Of a stretch of 60,236 bases of DNA, positions 41,737 through 51,574 are shown piece by piece. The notes under the pieces were generated by a model, which was not told where the DNA came from, ran no database searches, and saw nothing but the letters and a program-made list of their open reading frames with translations. Location: positions 1 to 60,236 of the forward strand of contig JBFWOZ010000015.1 of NCBI GenBank assembly GCA_050250255.1, read 5' to 3'. Every line of letters starts with the position of its first letter. Within the stretch, counting starts at the first letter, position 1. Position numbers and translations under genes: made by a program. This DNA comes from Bdellovibrionales bacterium (GTDB lineage Bacteria; Bdellovibrionota; Bdellovibrionia; Bdellovibrionales; DASUEL01).

Positions 41737-43689
41737 GTGAAAAAAATCTTTTCTTATATTGGGGTCAGCTTACTCCTTGCCGCAAACACTGTTGCAAACG
41801 CGCAAACAGGAGAAAATATAGCACAAGAGCAAACTCTTAAGCTCCTCAATCAAGAACTAAAGATTCAAAATATCGTCGAAGCTCTCAATCAAAAATATTC
41901 TAAAACTTTTCTCACCACAGAAGATGTAAAATTACGTGCGCAAAATCTTTTAGGAACTCGAAGTCCATCTGCTAAAGAAGAAAAACAAACTTATCTCTTT
42001 GCTCTCAAAGAAGTAGATATTCTCCGTAATTCCCAAAGGGAATCTATGAGTCAACTTCGTGAATATTTCCAGAGCAATTCTTCACTACTCACAGAAGTGC
42101 AAGGCGATCAAAGGCTTTTAGGAATCAAAGTCCCTCCGAGAAATCCGCTTTTCAACGGAACAAGCATCTCTCGAGCAAAACCTATTGATCTTGAGGATAG
42201 AGTTTTAGATTTAGGCATTGGTACGCGAGAAGTTTGTCTTTACGAACAACAAGTGCCAACGGGTACGGCACGAGATGTGTTCTTTAACATGCACATGAAC
42301 GATCTTTCCTGCATGGTACGAGCGAGCAACCTACAGTTATTACCAGACCATGTTGAAGGATTTCAGGCGAAGATGAAGCTTCTCACGGGCTCAACGATTC
42401 CGCTTTCTGTTATTGAACAAGCAGATCCCAATTATCAATTGGATTTTTCGAAAGCTCCCAATTACGAAGTCGTTCTTGTCAGTTACTTAGAGTACAAAAA
42501 TGATTTCTCTGGGAAACTTGTATCTCAAGCATTGAAGTGGCACGCAAGCCGTGGCGCTCAAGTGAGAATTATTGTTCCAGGTCTACCATTTAAAAATTTG
42601 GTTCACATTCCCGACCAACATTTACTCGATGAACTTCTTCAGTATAGCTCTAATATTCAACTACAAAAGTACATGTTCAAAGATTCACAGCCCGATATCA
42701 TCACACCACTTGATATGGTTCACAAAACCTACCACGCAAAAATTCTCTTAGGACTTTCTGCAGATCACCCCGAAAGAAGCGCCGCCGTGATCGGTGGTCG
42801 TAATTTAAAAGACGTCTTCCTCATGACTCAAAAACCCGATTACTCAAAAAATCCCGAGATGATCCAATATGGAACCCGCGCAGAAGGGTTCACTTTTTAT
42901 CGTGATTTAGATGTCCTCGTAGAGGGCCGTGAGATCACAGAGCAAATTGCCGCTCCATTCATGTCTTTTTGGTATCGTGACATGACAGGGCTCAAAGTTC
43001 GCCGTATGTCTCAACATGTTTATGCGGGTTCCGTCCTTAATTCTGTTCAGAGAACGCAAGTTGCGGAAAATTTAAAAAATCAGACTTACGTTCGCTATTT
43101 TTATTCAACTCCGTTTACCGATGGTCGTACGGTTGAAAATATTTATGTCCAGTTGATCAATTCTGCGCAAAAACATATTCGTATGACGAGCCCTTATGTA
43201 CGCCCAGTAAAAATCGTCGCGGAAGCTATTCGAAAAGCCGCGGCACGTGGTGTTCGAGTCGACTTCATCTTTGATAAAGATTTATTGGGAGACAATGTCC
43301 CTTTCTTTACACGTTTTGCAAATCGACGTTCAGCGAATTACCTCATTCGAAATCATGCGGAAGACATCAAAAGAAATTCTGAGCTCGCACATCTGATGGG
43401 AAAAATTCAAATGCACACGTGGACAGACAAAACTCCCTCTATTCTCCACGCAAAAGTCATTTTGATTGATGATGAAGTCCTTTATGTAGGTAGCGCCAAT
43501 ATGAATTTTAAATCTATGCGACAAGATATTGAAAATGGCGTTTTGATCACAGGGCCCACAGCTCTTGAGTTTCAAAAAATCTTCGATGAAGAGTATTTGA
43601 CGCGAGCGACGCCCATCCAACAACAATTGAATAACAACTGGTTTTCTTACGTTTTTATTAAAATTCTTGATTACGCGAAAGCGCACTAA
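41737..43689 (+). CDS. secreted phospholipase D-superfamily protein
   Basis: Signal peptide (ANA-Q); YHAKILLG…IGGRN and LHAKVILIDD…VGSAN..S…E motifs. Confidence 0.88.
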   Translation: MKKIFSYIGVSLLLAANTVANAQTGENIAQEQTLKLLNQELKIQNIVEALNQKYSKTFLTTEDVKLRAQNLLGTRSPSAKEEKQTYLFALKEVDILRNSQRESMSQLREYFQSNSSLLTEVQGDQRLLGIKVPPRNPLFNGTSISRAKPIDLEDRVLDLGIGTREVCLYEQQVPTGTARDVFFNMHMNDLSCMVRASNLQLLPDHVEGFQAKMKLLTGSTIPLSVIEQADPNYQLDFSKAPNYEVVLVSYLEYKNDFSGKLVSQALKWHASRGAQVRIIVPGLPFKNLVHIPDQHLLDELLQYSSNIQLQKYMFKDSQPDIITPLDMVHKTYHAKILLGLSADHPERSAAVIGGRNLKDVFLMTQKPDYSKNPEMIQYGTRAEGFTFYRDLDVLVEGREITEQIAAPFMSFWYRDMTGLKVRRMSQHVYAGSVLNSVQRTQVAENLKNQTYVRYFYSTPFTDGRTVENIYVQLINSAQKHIRMTSPYVRPVKIVAEAIRKAAARGVRVDFIFDKDLLGDNVPFFTRFANRRSANYLIRNHAEDIKRNSELAHLMGKIQMHTWTDKTPSILHAKVILIDDEVLYVGSANMNFKSMRQDIENGVLITGPTALEFQKIFDEEYLTRATPIQQQLNNNWFSYVFIKILDYAKAH

Positions 43690-43707
43690 ATTTGTATTAA
43701 CTTACAA

Positions 43708-43725
43708 GGCTCATGTATGTGAGCC
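43708..43725. terminator. short hairpin between convergent PLD and GDPD genes
   Basis: GGCTCA-N6-TGAGCC; weak U-tracts. Confidence 0.4.
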
Positions 43726-43734
43726 CTTCCGAGA

Positions 43735-44748
43735 TTAGCGATGAAGGCCCATTGAGCGAAGCTTCGGAACTAAATAGGCAAGATCATCACCCTGTATGTA
43801 ATCAGGAGTGATATTAATCGCACGATTTAATCGCCAATGCTCTTTCCATCGGAAAAGGACTACACTCACAAATAATTTTAAGCCACGCTTGTGAACATTT
43901 CGGGCAAAGGTTTTACTAATTTCTAGTTCACTGGCCGCAATGATATCGGGTCGGTACTTGTTAACCACCGAGCGGAGAGTAAAGAGCCCGAAGTTTCCTG
44001 AAGGTCGAATCATAAAGTTAGGATCTATTTTTTTAATATCCACATAGAATCTATTTTTGCTGTCACTAAAGGTGATGTTCGCTTTGCCTAACAAATTGGC
44101 TTCTCGCAAAATATCCGCCAACCTATAGACGGAGCCTTCTTTGAAATCAATATCAGGTAGTGCACGTCCATTAATAAAAGTGAGCGCCTCTTGAAGAGTG
44201 GGAACCTTTTCTCCAGCGAATTGTGGTGAAAACCAAGAACCCGCATCGAGAGCTTGGATCTGTGCTAAAGTGAGATCTTTTACTTTGCCTTTACCATTAG
44301 TTGTTCTATCTACTTTGTCATCGTGAATGACTACAAGCTCACCATCTTTTGTTTCTCGAATATCTAGTTCTAAAATATCAGCGCCTAACTCAATCGCTTT
44401 TTGCATGGCCGGCAGTGTATTTTCTGGCGCATAAAACACGTTGGAGCGATGACCAATCACCTTAATACCATCCCAATGATAAAAAGGCTGACCATTTTTT
44501 TTGATTTCGTACACACGAAGAGTGGGATTGTAAATTTGAGCTTCGTAGGAATCTTGGCCATCTGTTCCTCGCACCAAAGACATGGACGGTGCGCTTCGAA
44601 GCACGCTAAATAATCGGAAATTAGGCACGTAATGACTTAATGTTTCTTGAAAATCTCTCTTTTGATCAGCGAATGCGAACGAAACTGTAAGTTGCAGTAC
44701 AACAAACCAGATCGCAGAAACAAAACTCTTGCGAGTAATGAATTTCAC
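43735..44748 (-). CDS. secreted glycerophosphodiester phosphodiesterase (GDPD family)
   Basis: Signal peptide (AFA-D); IGHR…APENT, ELDIRETKDGELVVIHD, VPTLQE. Confidence 0.9.
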   Translation of the reverse strand: MKFITRKSFVSAIWFVVLQLTVSFAFADQKRDFQETLSHYVPNFRLFSVLRSAPSMSLVRGTDGQDSYEAQIYNPTLRVYEIKKNGQPFYHWDGIKVIGHRSNVFYAPENTLPAMQKAIELGADILELDIRETKDGELVVIHDDKVDRTTNGKGKVKDLTLAQIQALDAGSWFSPQFAGEKVPTLQEALTFINGRALPDIDFKEGSVYRLADILREANLLGKANITFSDSKNRFYVDIKKIDPNFMIRPSGNFGLFTLRSVVNKYRPDIIAASELEISKTFARNVHKRGLKLFVSVVLFRWKEHWRLNRAINITPDYIQGDDLAYLVPKLRSMGLHR

Positions 44749-44945
44749 AAAATCCCCCTAATTTTTCCCCGACAGACGTCTGGGCTTACAAAAAGAACGG
44801 ATGTTGGTCTAGGAAATTCAACGGCACCAAAGTCTAGTTTTACTAAAACGTCTCGAACTCGCTCACTTATAAGACAAAAGCGGGAACTCATTCGGGTAAC
44901 GCGCAATGATAATACTCGCAAACTTCATGAACGTCTCAAGATGGA

Positions 44946-45299
44946 TTAAATAGGGTAAGTGCATTCACTCGTGCAAGTTTCTGAAATCTGAATTTGGTGA
45001 AGCGAGGAAAGTTTGGGCTTAAGACGATCGTAAAACCAGCGAGCGAGAACCTCAGAGCTTGGATTATCAAGACCCTGAATCTCGTTAAGATAAGTGTGAT
45101 CCAGTTCGTCTACAATAGGTTTAGTGATGTCTTTGATATCACCATAGTCGATGACTAACCCTTGAGCATTCAACTCACCTCGTACAATCACCGTCACTCT
45201 AAAGCTATGCCCATGAAGACGTGCGCACTTGTGACCCACTGGCATTTTGGGAAGCTCGTGAGCCGCTTCAAAGGTAAAAGATTTTCGAAGTTCAAACAT
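44946..45299 (-). CDS. queD: 6-carboxytetrahydropterin synthase
   Basis: FEAAHEL, KCARLHGHSF, LDHTYLN, NPSSE, ETC motifs. Confidence 0.95.
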   Translation of the reverse strand: MFELRKSFTFEAAHELPKMPVGHKCARLHGHSFRVTVIVRGELNAQGLVIDYGDIKDITKPIVDELDHTYLNEIQGLDNPSSEVLARWFYDRLKPKLSSLHQIQISETCTSECTYPI

Positions 45300-45331
45300 G
45301 GATCACTACCTTTTTACGGTGTCGGTATTCT

Positions 45332-45381
45332 GTACTGGGATCCGGGTATTCTAGTTAACGGGAATTCTTGGATCCCGGTAT
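45332..45381. repeat. intergenic hairpin between tRNA-Ala and queD
   Basis: TACTGGGATCC / GGATCCCGGTA arms, extended by G·T pairs on the + strand. Confidence 0.55.
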
Positions 45382-45396
45382 TAGTTTAGGGAAAAA

Positions 45397-45472
45397 TGGT
45401 GGAGGCAACAGGGATCGAACCTGCGACATCCAGCTTGCAAAGCTGGCGCTCTCCCAGCTGAGCTATGCCCCC
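45397..45472 (-). tRNA. tRNA-Ala(TGC)
   Basis: GGGGGCATAGCTCAGCTGGGAGAGCGCCAGCTTTGCAAGCTGG…GTTCGATCC…CCTCCACCA, 76 nt. Confidence 0.97.
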
Positions 45473-45610
45473 ACAATGGAAAGAGTTGAAGAGCGAAAAT
45501 GACCTAAAATAAACTCTCGGTCAATGACTTCGACGGAAGTCCTGTAGAATGGTTTTGATTTATGCTGTGCGTAATAGTGAAAAAAGAAATGCGAAGACAG
45601 CGAGTTGATG

Positions 45611-45633
45611 TCCTTCGCTTCGCTCAGGATGAC
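45611..45633. repeat. single REP-like unit (TCCTTCGCTTCGCTCAGGATGAC)
   Basis: Matches from memory the widespread GTCATCCTGAGCGAAGCGAAGGA extragenic repeat; only one half present; 6 bp past a stop codon. Confidence 0.5.
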
Positions 45634-45639
45634 GGGAAA

Positions 45640-46152
45640 TTAAGCAGTGGCTCGGTTAGAAACAAGAATGCGTGAAAGCCAAATCCGCTCGGACTTTAAA
45701 TCAAACCCAACAGCCTCACCTCCAGAAAGAATGGAGTGATAGACTTCTTTGAGTACGCTGATTTCTTCGTTGTTGTTTGCATCAGAGTTCATAACCTCTT
45801 CGATGGCCTCAAATACGCTTAAAAGGTCAGGAGTCGTTACCACACGTGGAAGACGGCTCAAATCTAATGAAGCTCTTGGCTCAGGCTTAAAACCTACTAA
45901 TGTGTCTGTAAGAAGAATCTTACGACCCGAAACAAAGTTGACCTGGATGAAGGACTTGCCCTCTTTGTCCTCTCTTGAAAGAACATCGCTGAGCTCTTCA
46001 CTCTTAAACTTAATCATTCTCTGATCTGTTTTTTGGTGAATATCAACGCTGCCATCGTCTGCGACTTCTAATCGGAGTCCGCTAGAATGAGAGACAAAGT
46101 GGCTGATTTTTTCTACTAGGTTTTGAACATTCTCTGTTTTCAACTTGCCCAA
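45640..46152 (-). CDS. hypothetical protein
   Basis: Long ORF (FIQVNF, LVGFKP, LPRVVTTPDL); start uncertain, TTG at 46152 or 46143 after GGGGAAAG. Confidence 0.7.
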   Translation of the reverse strand: MGKLKTENVQNLVEKISHFVSHSSGLRLEVADDGSVDIHQKTDQRMIKFKSEELSDVLSREDKEGKSFIQVNFVSGRKILLTDTLVGFKPEPRASLDLSRLPRVVTTPDLLSVFEAIEEVMNSDANNNEEISVLKEVYHSILSGGEAVGFDLKSERIWLSRILVSNRATA

Positions 46153-46406
46153 TCTTTCCCCCACAGGATGTCTGACACACACTCTATCGTCGCGAGCATG
46201 GAGGCACTTAAGGCTTCGACTGTGAATCTGGTCTGTTACTCCGCTTGACAGTTCACGCAACAAAAAAGAATTTTTCTCATTTCAGCACGCTTTCATTTTC
46301 CAAATACGAATATATTTTTTTTCATGTAGAAAACATGTCTCACATTGTCTCGGAGTGGCACTCAAATATGCGGGATCTCCAGTCCAAATGTTTTCTGCAT
46401 GAGCCC

Positions 46407-46435
46407 TTGCACTCGACTTCTGAGAGTATTATAAA
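46407..46435 (+). promoter_or_regulatory. sigma70-type promoter for the cupin gene
   Basis: TTGCAC-N17-TATAAA. Confidence 0.5.
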
Positions 46436-46456
46436 AGTCTATAAGAGGTTTTTTTT

Positions 46457-46762
46457 ATGCTCGTAATGAGATGGCAAGCACCTGCGTTTCCGACGAAAGA
46501 TCAAATCAAAATGATATTTCATGCAGAAGGCTTAGAGCCCGTTGAAGAAATATATGAACCCAAAACAAAGGTTCAAGAACATCGCCATCCTTTTGATGAG
46601 GTTCGTATGGTCGTTCAAGGTCAAATTTTCTACAATGTCGCAGGAAATCGTCTTCTCTTAAGAGAAGGTGATCGTATTACAATTCCTTCAAATACAAAGC
46701 ACTCCATGCACGTTGAAGGCCAGTCTCCTTGTATTACGATAGTAGCGTCCCGCACTTTTTAA
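46457..46762 (+). CDS. cupin-domain protein
   Basis: HRHPFDEV…G…GD…IPSNTKH cupin motifs. Confidence 0.88.
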   Translation: MLVMRWQAPAFPTKDQIKMIFHAEGLEPVEEIYEPKTKVQEHRHPFDEVRMVVQGQIFYNVAGNRLLLREGDRITIPSNTKHSMHVEGQSPCITIVASRTF

Positions 46763-47568
46763 TGTAATGGACCTTGAGTGAGAAGCTGGAAAATCAACCA
46801 GGCCACTTCGACAGCAATCAATCCGATGATAATCATTTCCATGACTGTTTGGCGGCGGAATCTCAAGAAATCCACAATCACTTCCACTGTTTCTTGAACG
46901 AGCTTGAGTTTGAACTCTAAAACTCGATAGCGCGTTTCGATTTCGAACATCTTTTTGATATCCGCATAGAGGCGATCATACTCTTGGTTATCCCAAGTTT
47001 CATCCGGCGCATCTACGACGTAAAGGTCGGTAATAATATCTTGCTTTGTCGTTAGGCACTCACCAACGAACATGACCATGCTCTTCATATTCATGGCCGT
47101 ACGACCCGTCTGCTTGAGATTGGCTGAAATCCGGCGGGATTTGGAAAGTAAAATTTCCGTAATGCTTTCGAAATAATCGAGAGCGGCACTTTCGGCGATG
47201 ACTAAAGTCACAAGACGTAAAATAGGGTACGTGAGTTTACGTATCTTCACCTTATTAAAACCCGTATCGTGGAAAGCTCCCGCAGCTATGTTGGGATCTT
47301 CTTCAATAATGAAATCTTCGATGGTGGTGGTATTGTACTCCCCGCAAATCACTTGAATGCGGTTTATATAACTTTGCATCAGCTCTTCATTCACATTAAT
47401 GAAAACGAGACTTCCAAAGTGAAAAATAAAAACGTAGGAGTCTGCACCCAACTTATAAACAAGCTCAATCGCACTCTCGCTAAGAGCCGTCTCATTCATA
47501 CCACTTGCGATATTCTTAAGTCTCAAACGCGAAGAAAGATGTTGAGCGCTGATTTTAACCGTATTCAT
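46759..47568 (-). CDS. RMD1/DUF155 family protein
   Basis: VFIFHFGSLVF, AESAALDYFE, DAPDETWD, FEIETR, C-terminal MEMIIIGLIAVE. Confidence 0.85.
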   Translation of the reverse strand: MNTVKISAQHLSSRLRLKNIASGMNETALSESAIELVYKLGADSYVFIFHFGSLVFINVNEELMQSYINRIQVICGEYNTTTIEDFIIEEDPNIAAGAFHDTGFNKVKIRKLTYPILRLVTLVIAESAALDYFESITEILLSKSRRISANLKQTGRTAMNMKSMVMFVGECLTTKQDIITDLYVVDAPDETWDNQEYDRLYADIKKMFEIETRYRVLEFKLKLVQETVEVIVDFLRFRRQTVMEMIIIGLIAVEVAWLIFQLLTQGPLH

Positions 47569-47575
47569 AGACTCC

Positions 47576-48895
47576 TTAATCCGATTTACCAGTTCTCAAC
47601 CATTGTAAGTACTGTCTGATTTTTTTTTCAAAGCCTATTTCGGTGGGTTCATAAAATACTTCGTCTTTAATTTCTTTAGGGAGATAGTCTTGAGTCACAT
47701 ATCCTCGAGAATAATCATGAGAATATTTGTACTCTTCGTCGGCCTTAACGGGATCGGAAGACCGCAAGTGATGAGGAACCGGAAGGTGTTGCGTGGTCTT
47801 CACTCTTTCTTGAGCGGCACGAAGCGCCATGTAAGAACGGTTCGATTTGGGGGCTGAAGCTAAATAAGTGACAGCCTGAGCCAAGCTAATGGCCCCTTCT
47901 GGAAGACCGATCATTTGTACCGCTTGAGCTGCGGCAACCGCAACTTCTAACGCTTTCGGATCTGCGTTTCCAATATCCTCGGAAGCTAAAATAATTAATC
48001 GACGAGCAATAAAAAGCGGATCTTCTCCACCCTCTAACATGCGCGCAAGATAATATACGCCCGCATCGGGTGAAGAACCGCGAATGCTTTTAATAAAAGC
48101 AGAAATTGTGTCGTAATGAGCTGAGCCTTTTTTATCGTAATAAAGTGGTGCACTTTCAAAAAGAGTTTTTAATTCTTGATCTGTGAGAGGATGTCTGAGG
48201 TCTTCGCTTTTTAGATGAAAAATCAAAGATTCCATTAAATTTAACAGACGACGAGCGTCCCCTGAAGAAATGAGGATTAACAGATCGAACGCTTCTGACG
48301 AAAGAGCTTCTTCCTGTTTTAAATTGGCATGCTGAAGGGCCCTCGTAATCAAGGCCTTTAAAGATTTTTCTCCGTGAGGTTTAAAAACAATCAACTGCGT
48401 GCGACTTAAGAGAGCCGAAACCAGAGCGTGACTAGGATTTTCCGTGGTCGCGCCGATCAGCGTGAAATCTCCAGCCTCTACAAACGGTAAAAGGACATCC
48501 TGCTGTGCGCGATTCAATCGATGGATTTCATCGATAAAAACGAGAGTTTTCTCTCCCCAAGCAATTCGCCGTTGTCTTGCGACCTCTCCCAATTCACGAA
48601 TGACTTTCGCACCGGTTTCAACGGCGTTTAATCGATGAACGTGTGATTTGTGCTGACGAATGAGGATGTGAGCGAGAGTGGTCTTTCCTGAACCAGGAGG
48701 ACCCCATAAAATAAGGCTCGGGTATTCTCCCCGCTTGATCTGTTCAAAGAGAGGTTTGTTTCTTAAAAAAATAGGATCTAAACCGAGGAACTCTTCAAAA
48801 CTTTGAGGGCGTAAGAGTTCCGCCAGTGGCTGAGCCCCTGTAGACGCCGAAGGTTCTGGAGTGTGTTCTGGTTTTCCAAAAGAAAATAAATCCAT
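47576..48895 (-). CDS. rarA: replication-associated recombination protein A (MgsA)
   Basis: PLAELLRP, GPPGSGKTT, FIDEIHR, ATTENP, HYDTISAFIKSIRGS, ASEDIG. Confidence 0.96.
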   Translation of the reverse strand: MDLFSFGKPEHTPEPSASTGAQPLAELLRPQSFEEFLGLDPIFLRNKPLFEQIKRGEYPSLILWGPPGSGKTTLAHILIRQHKSHVHRLNAVETGAKVIRELGEVARQRRIAWGEKTLVFIDEIHRLNRAQQDVLLPFVEAGDFTLIGATTENPSHALVSALLSRTQLIVFKPHGEKSLKALITRALQHANLKQEEALSSEAFDLLILISSGDARRLLNLMESLIFHLKSEDLRHPLTDQELKTLFESAPLYYDKKGSAHYDTISAFIKSIRGSSPDAGVYYLARMLEGGEDPLFIARRLIILASEDIGNADPKALEVAVAAAQAVQMIGLPEGAISLAQAVTYLASAPKSNRSYMALRAAQERVKTTQHLPVPHHLRSSDPVKADEEYKYSHDYSRGYVTQDYLPKEIKDEVFYEPTEIGFEKKIRQYLQWLRTGKSD

Positions 48896-48922
48896 GCCTC
48901 CATGGATTTACCACCTTTTCAG

Positions 48923-49495
48923 TTACTCTGGGTAATAATAAAGTGTGATCTTTGATGTGCCATGAAAAGCGCGGCCAGTTTCTTGGCCCACTCCGTTAAT
49001 GGTTGCGGTGCCTGTTGCCAAAAAATTCGCTTTATTATTGGCCGCCGTGAGGCCAGTACAAGCAAAGCCTGTCGCACATGACTGATGCTCGTATCCATTG
49101 GGACCACTTTTTCCATAGAGTTTTCCATCTTTTGTGGCAACCCCATCAACTAACCTGGTCTCGTCAGGAAAAAGCTCTTCTAGAGCATCGGAATCAATCG
49201 TACAAAAAGCACCGTTTGGAAAGTTGTCAGACTTTGGAAACTCTACTTTAATGTTTGTGAGTTGAAGAATTTCACTTTGTTTCCAAATGATGCAAGGATT
49301 GCAAACTTTCATTCCGGGACCCGTGATTTCTTCTTCATCTGGAAGGGTCGCGCCACAAACCTCCGTCGATGTTCCGTAAAAAACAGAAGTGGTCGACTTT
49401 GGAATAAAAAGTTGAAGCGGTGGCTCTACACTACATTGAGCGGTTACCAACGCCAAACCAATGAGAAAGGAAATACGAAGCATCCTGCTTTTCAT
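48923..49495 (-). CDS. Cys-rich hypothetical lipoprotein coupled to pilQ
   Basis: Lipobox-like LVTAQC; 6 further Cys; start overlaps the pilQ stop. Confidence 0.7.
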   Translation of the reverse strand: MKSRMLRISFLIGLALVTAQCSVEPPLQLFIPKSTTSVFYGTSTEVCGATLPDEEEITGPGMKVCNPCIIWKQSEILQLTNIKVEFPKSDNFPNGAFCTIDSDALEELFPDETRLVDGVATKDGKLYGKSGPNGYEHQSCATGFACTGLTAANNKANFLATGTATINGVGQETGRAFHGTSKITLYYYPE

Positions 49496-51504
49496 TATTC
49501 ACCCTTTGCTTGTCTGAAAGCCTTATCTTTGTTGAGAATCCTTGGAGTCAGGAAAATAAGAAGTTCATTCTTATCCTTGTTGTAAGTGCGTGAGCGAAAA
49601 AGCCCTCCGAGAATTGGAACTTTTCTTAAGAACGGCACACCCGTCTCCCCTTCGGTGACGTCACTCTGGAAAATACCACCCATCACCGTCGTCTGACCGT
49701 TTTGAACAAGTACCGTTGTATCCGCGATACGACGATTGATTGGTACGTCACCCTGACCCGAAACATCTTGTCCTGGGAATTCACGAATCACTTTCACTGT
49801 CATCACTACTCCGCCTTCCGCAGTGATCTGCGGAGTGACTTCAAGCTTTAACTGAATGGGCTTGAAAAGAGTGGTCGTAGTTTGTGCACCACCAGGCAAG
49901 GAATCGGTTTTCTTAAATGGAACTTCGGAAGTTTGCTCGATATTCGCTTTCACTCCGTTGAGAGTCACGATACGAGGAGAAGAAATCACGCGCACCAAAC
50001 CTTCCGTTTCAAACAAACTTAAAGTGGCTTCGATATCTCCGAGAAGATCAAAACTTCCGAGTCCAAGGCGAGCATTGATGGTTTGAGCCGATCCTGATTG
50101 CATGTTGAGCTCTGGTCGTAATGAAATGGGTGTACCGTTCATTTGGCCAACAGGTAAACTTCCATTTTTCATAGACCAATTGATACCAAGAATACGTTGG
50201 AAAGTTTGTCGGGCTTCAACCACGCGAGCTTCGATCAAAACCTGCGGCGTTTGAGTGTCGAGAATATCAATGAGGCGTCCAATACGTTCAATATTTTCCT
50301 CAAGGTCGTTGACGATCAGCGAGTTGGTGCGAGTATCTGCTTTCGCTTTTCCACGCTCACTTAAGAATTCTTTTGATTGTGCTTCGAGCTCTATGACCTT
50401 CGCATACGATACAGGAAACACTTTCACGCGAAGTGGACGGAGTTTCGCCTGAGCATCCATGACGCCCTTCGCAGCATCGGCCTCATCTTGAATCGTTTTA
50501 AGAGAAGCGATTCTCAAAATGTTTCCTTGGCGCACATAACCCAATTTTTTCGCTTTCAAAATTACGATCAGCGCCTGATCCCAAGGAATCTGCCGTAGCT
50601 TTAAAGTGATTTTACCAATAACCTCTTCACCAACGATGATGTTCAAACCACTCTCTTCAGAGATAAAATTAAAAACATCTCGAATGTCTGCATCTTTAAA
50701 TTGAATAGAGATTTTACGACCGTAAAATTTCGATTGGTTCAACAAAAACTCATCAATGTTACGGCTCGACAGCGCACTCAGCGGAGAATCCGGAGTTTTT
50801 TCACCTTGCTCTATCACCGCACCATCAACTTCAGCGAGAGAAAGACTTTCCTCTGATGGAGCAATGGAGATACTGTTTCCAACCTGTCTCACGACAGGCT
50901 CAATGGATTCTTTCAATTGAATGACAAACCGAGCCGTTTTGCTTCCTGCATTTTGATAAGCTTGAATCCCGGCGATGGGGCCTGAAAATTCTTTTGTATT
51001 ATAAGGTCTTTTAAATTTTGCCGGTAATTTGGCATTGTTCACTTCAACGATGAATTGTTGATTCTCGGGATTGATACGTGTCGTATAAGTTGTCGGCTCT
51101 GTCGTCTGAATAACGATCGTTCCCCCACCTTCACGAGATTTGAAATCTAAAGCTGTGACTTCCACTTCTTGTTCTGACGTCGTAGGCACAGGTACTTCTT
51201 CGGCAATCGATGGGGCGGGCGTCATTTCAGGAACAGGGGCGTCTTCTTGAGGCGCTGGAGTATCTTCGATTGCGCCGAGCTCTTCGTCAGGAGGCATTTG
51301 AGCCATTGATTGATTTCCAGAATCATCACCTAAATCTAAATCTTCAGAAGAACCGTTCGAGGAGTTCGCAGAACCATTCTCGTTCAAATCAATATCAAAC
51401 TCATCGTCAACATCCGCAACATTGCTATTACGTGCAGGAGCTGTTTGACAGCTTGTATGAATCGAAACAGAAATCGCAAGTAAAACAATCCACAACAAGC
51501 GCAC
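49495..51504 (-). CDS. pilQ: type IV pilus secretin
   Basis: AMIN-like region, ISIQFKDADIR, IPWDQAL, QVLIEARVVE, VPFLRKVPILGGLF, ELLIFLTPRI. Confidence 0.96.
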   Translation of the reverse strand: MRLLWIVLLAISVSIHTSCQTAPARNSNVADVDDEFDIDLNENGSANSSNGSSEDLDLGDDSGNQSMAQMPPDEELGAIEDTPAPQEDAPVPEMTPAPSIAEEVPVPTTSEQEVEVTALDFKSREGGGTIVIQTTEPTTYTTRINPENQQFIVEVNNAKLPAKFKRPYNTKEFSGPIAGIQAYQNAGSKTARFVIQLKESIEPVVRQVGNSISIAPSEESLSLAEVDGAVIEQGEKTPDSPLSALSSRNIDEFLLNQSKFYGRKISIQFKDADIRDVFNFISEESGLNIIVGEEVIGKITLKLRQIPWDQALIVILKAKKLGYVRQGNILRIASLKTIQDEADAAKGVMDAQAKLRPLRVKVFPVSYAKVIELEAQSKEFLSERGKAKADTRTNSLIVNDLEENIERIGRLIDILDTQTPQVLIEARVVEARQTFQRILGINWSMKNGSLPVGQMNGTPISLRPELNMQSGSAQTINARLGLGSFDLLGDIEATLSLFETEGLVRVISSPRIVTLNGVKANIEQTSEVPFKKTDSLPGGAQTTTTLFKPIQLKLEVTPQITAEGGVVMTVKVIREFPGQDVSGQGDVPINRRIADTTVLVQNGQTTVMGGIFQSDVTEGETGVPFLRKVPILGGLFRSRTYNKDKNELLIFLTPRILNKDKAFRQAKGE

Positions 51505-51574
51505 CCAGAACCTCCATATTCTTCACGATGCAAATACTTACGCCGCTAACACTCACGTCGTGCTCGTTTTCAAA

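Noticed and set aside
44647..44949. 100-aa plus-strand ORF
   Set aside because: Overlaps the GDPD start antisense, has no motifs, and spans a probable promoter region
45300..45396. preQ1 riboswitch upstream of queD
   Set aside because: No recognisable preQ1-I stem-loop plus A-rich tail; kept only as an unexplained hairpin
45397..45640. tRNA-Ala as a prophage or island integration site
   Set aside because: No integrase, and I noticed no duplicated tRNA 3' end in the window
46356..46372. TGGCACTCAAATATGC as a sigma54 promoter
   Set aside because: GG-to-GC spacing is 11 nt
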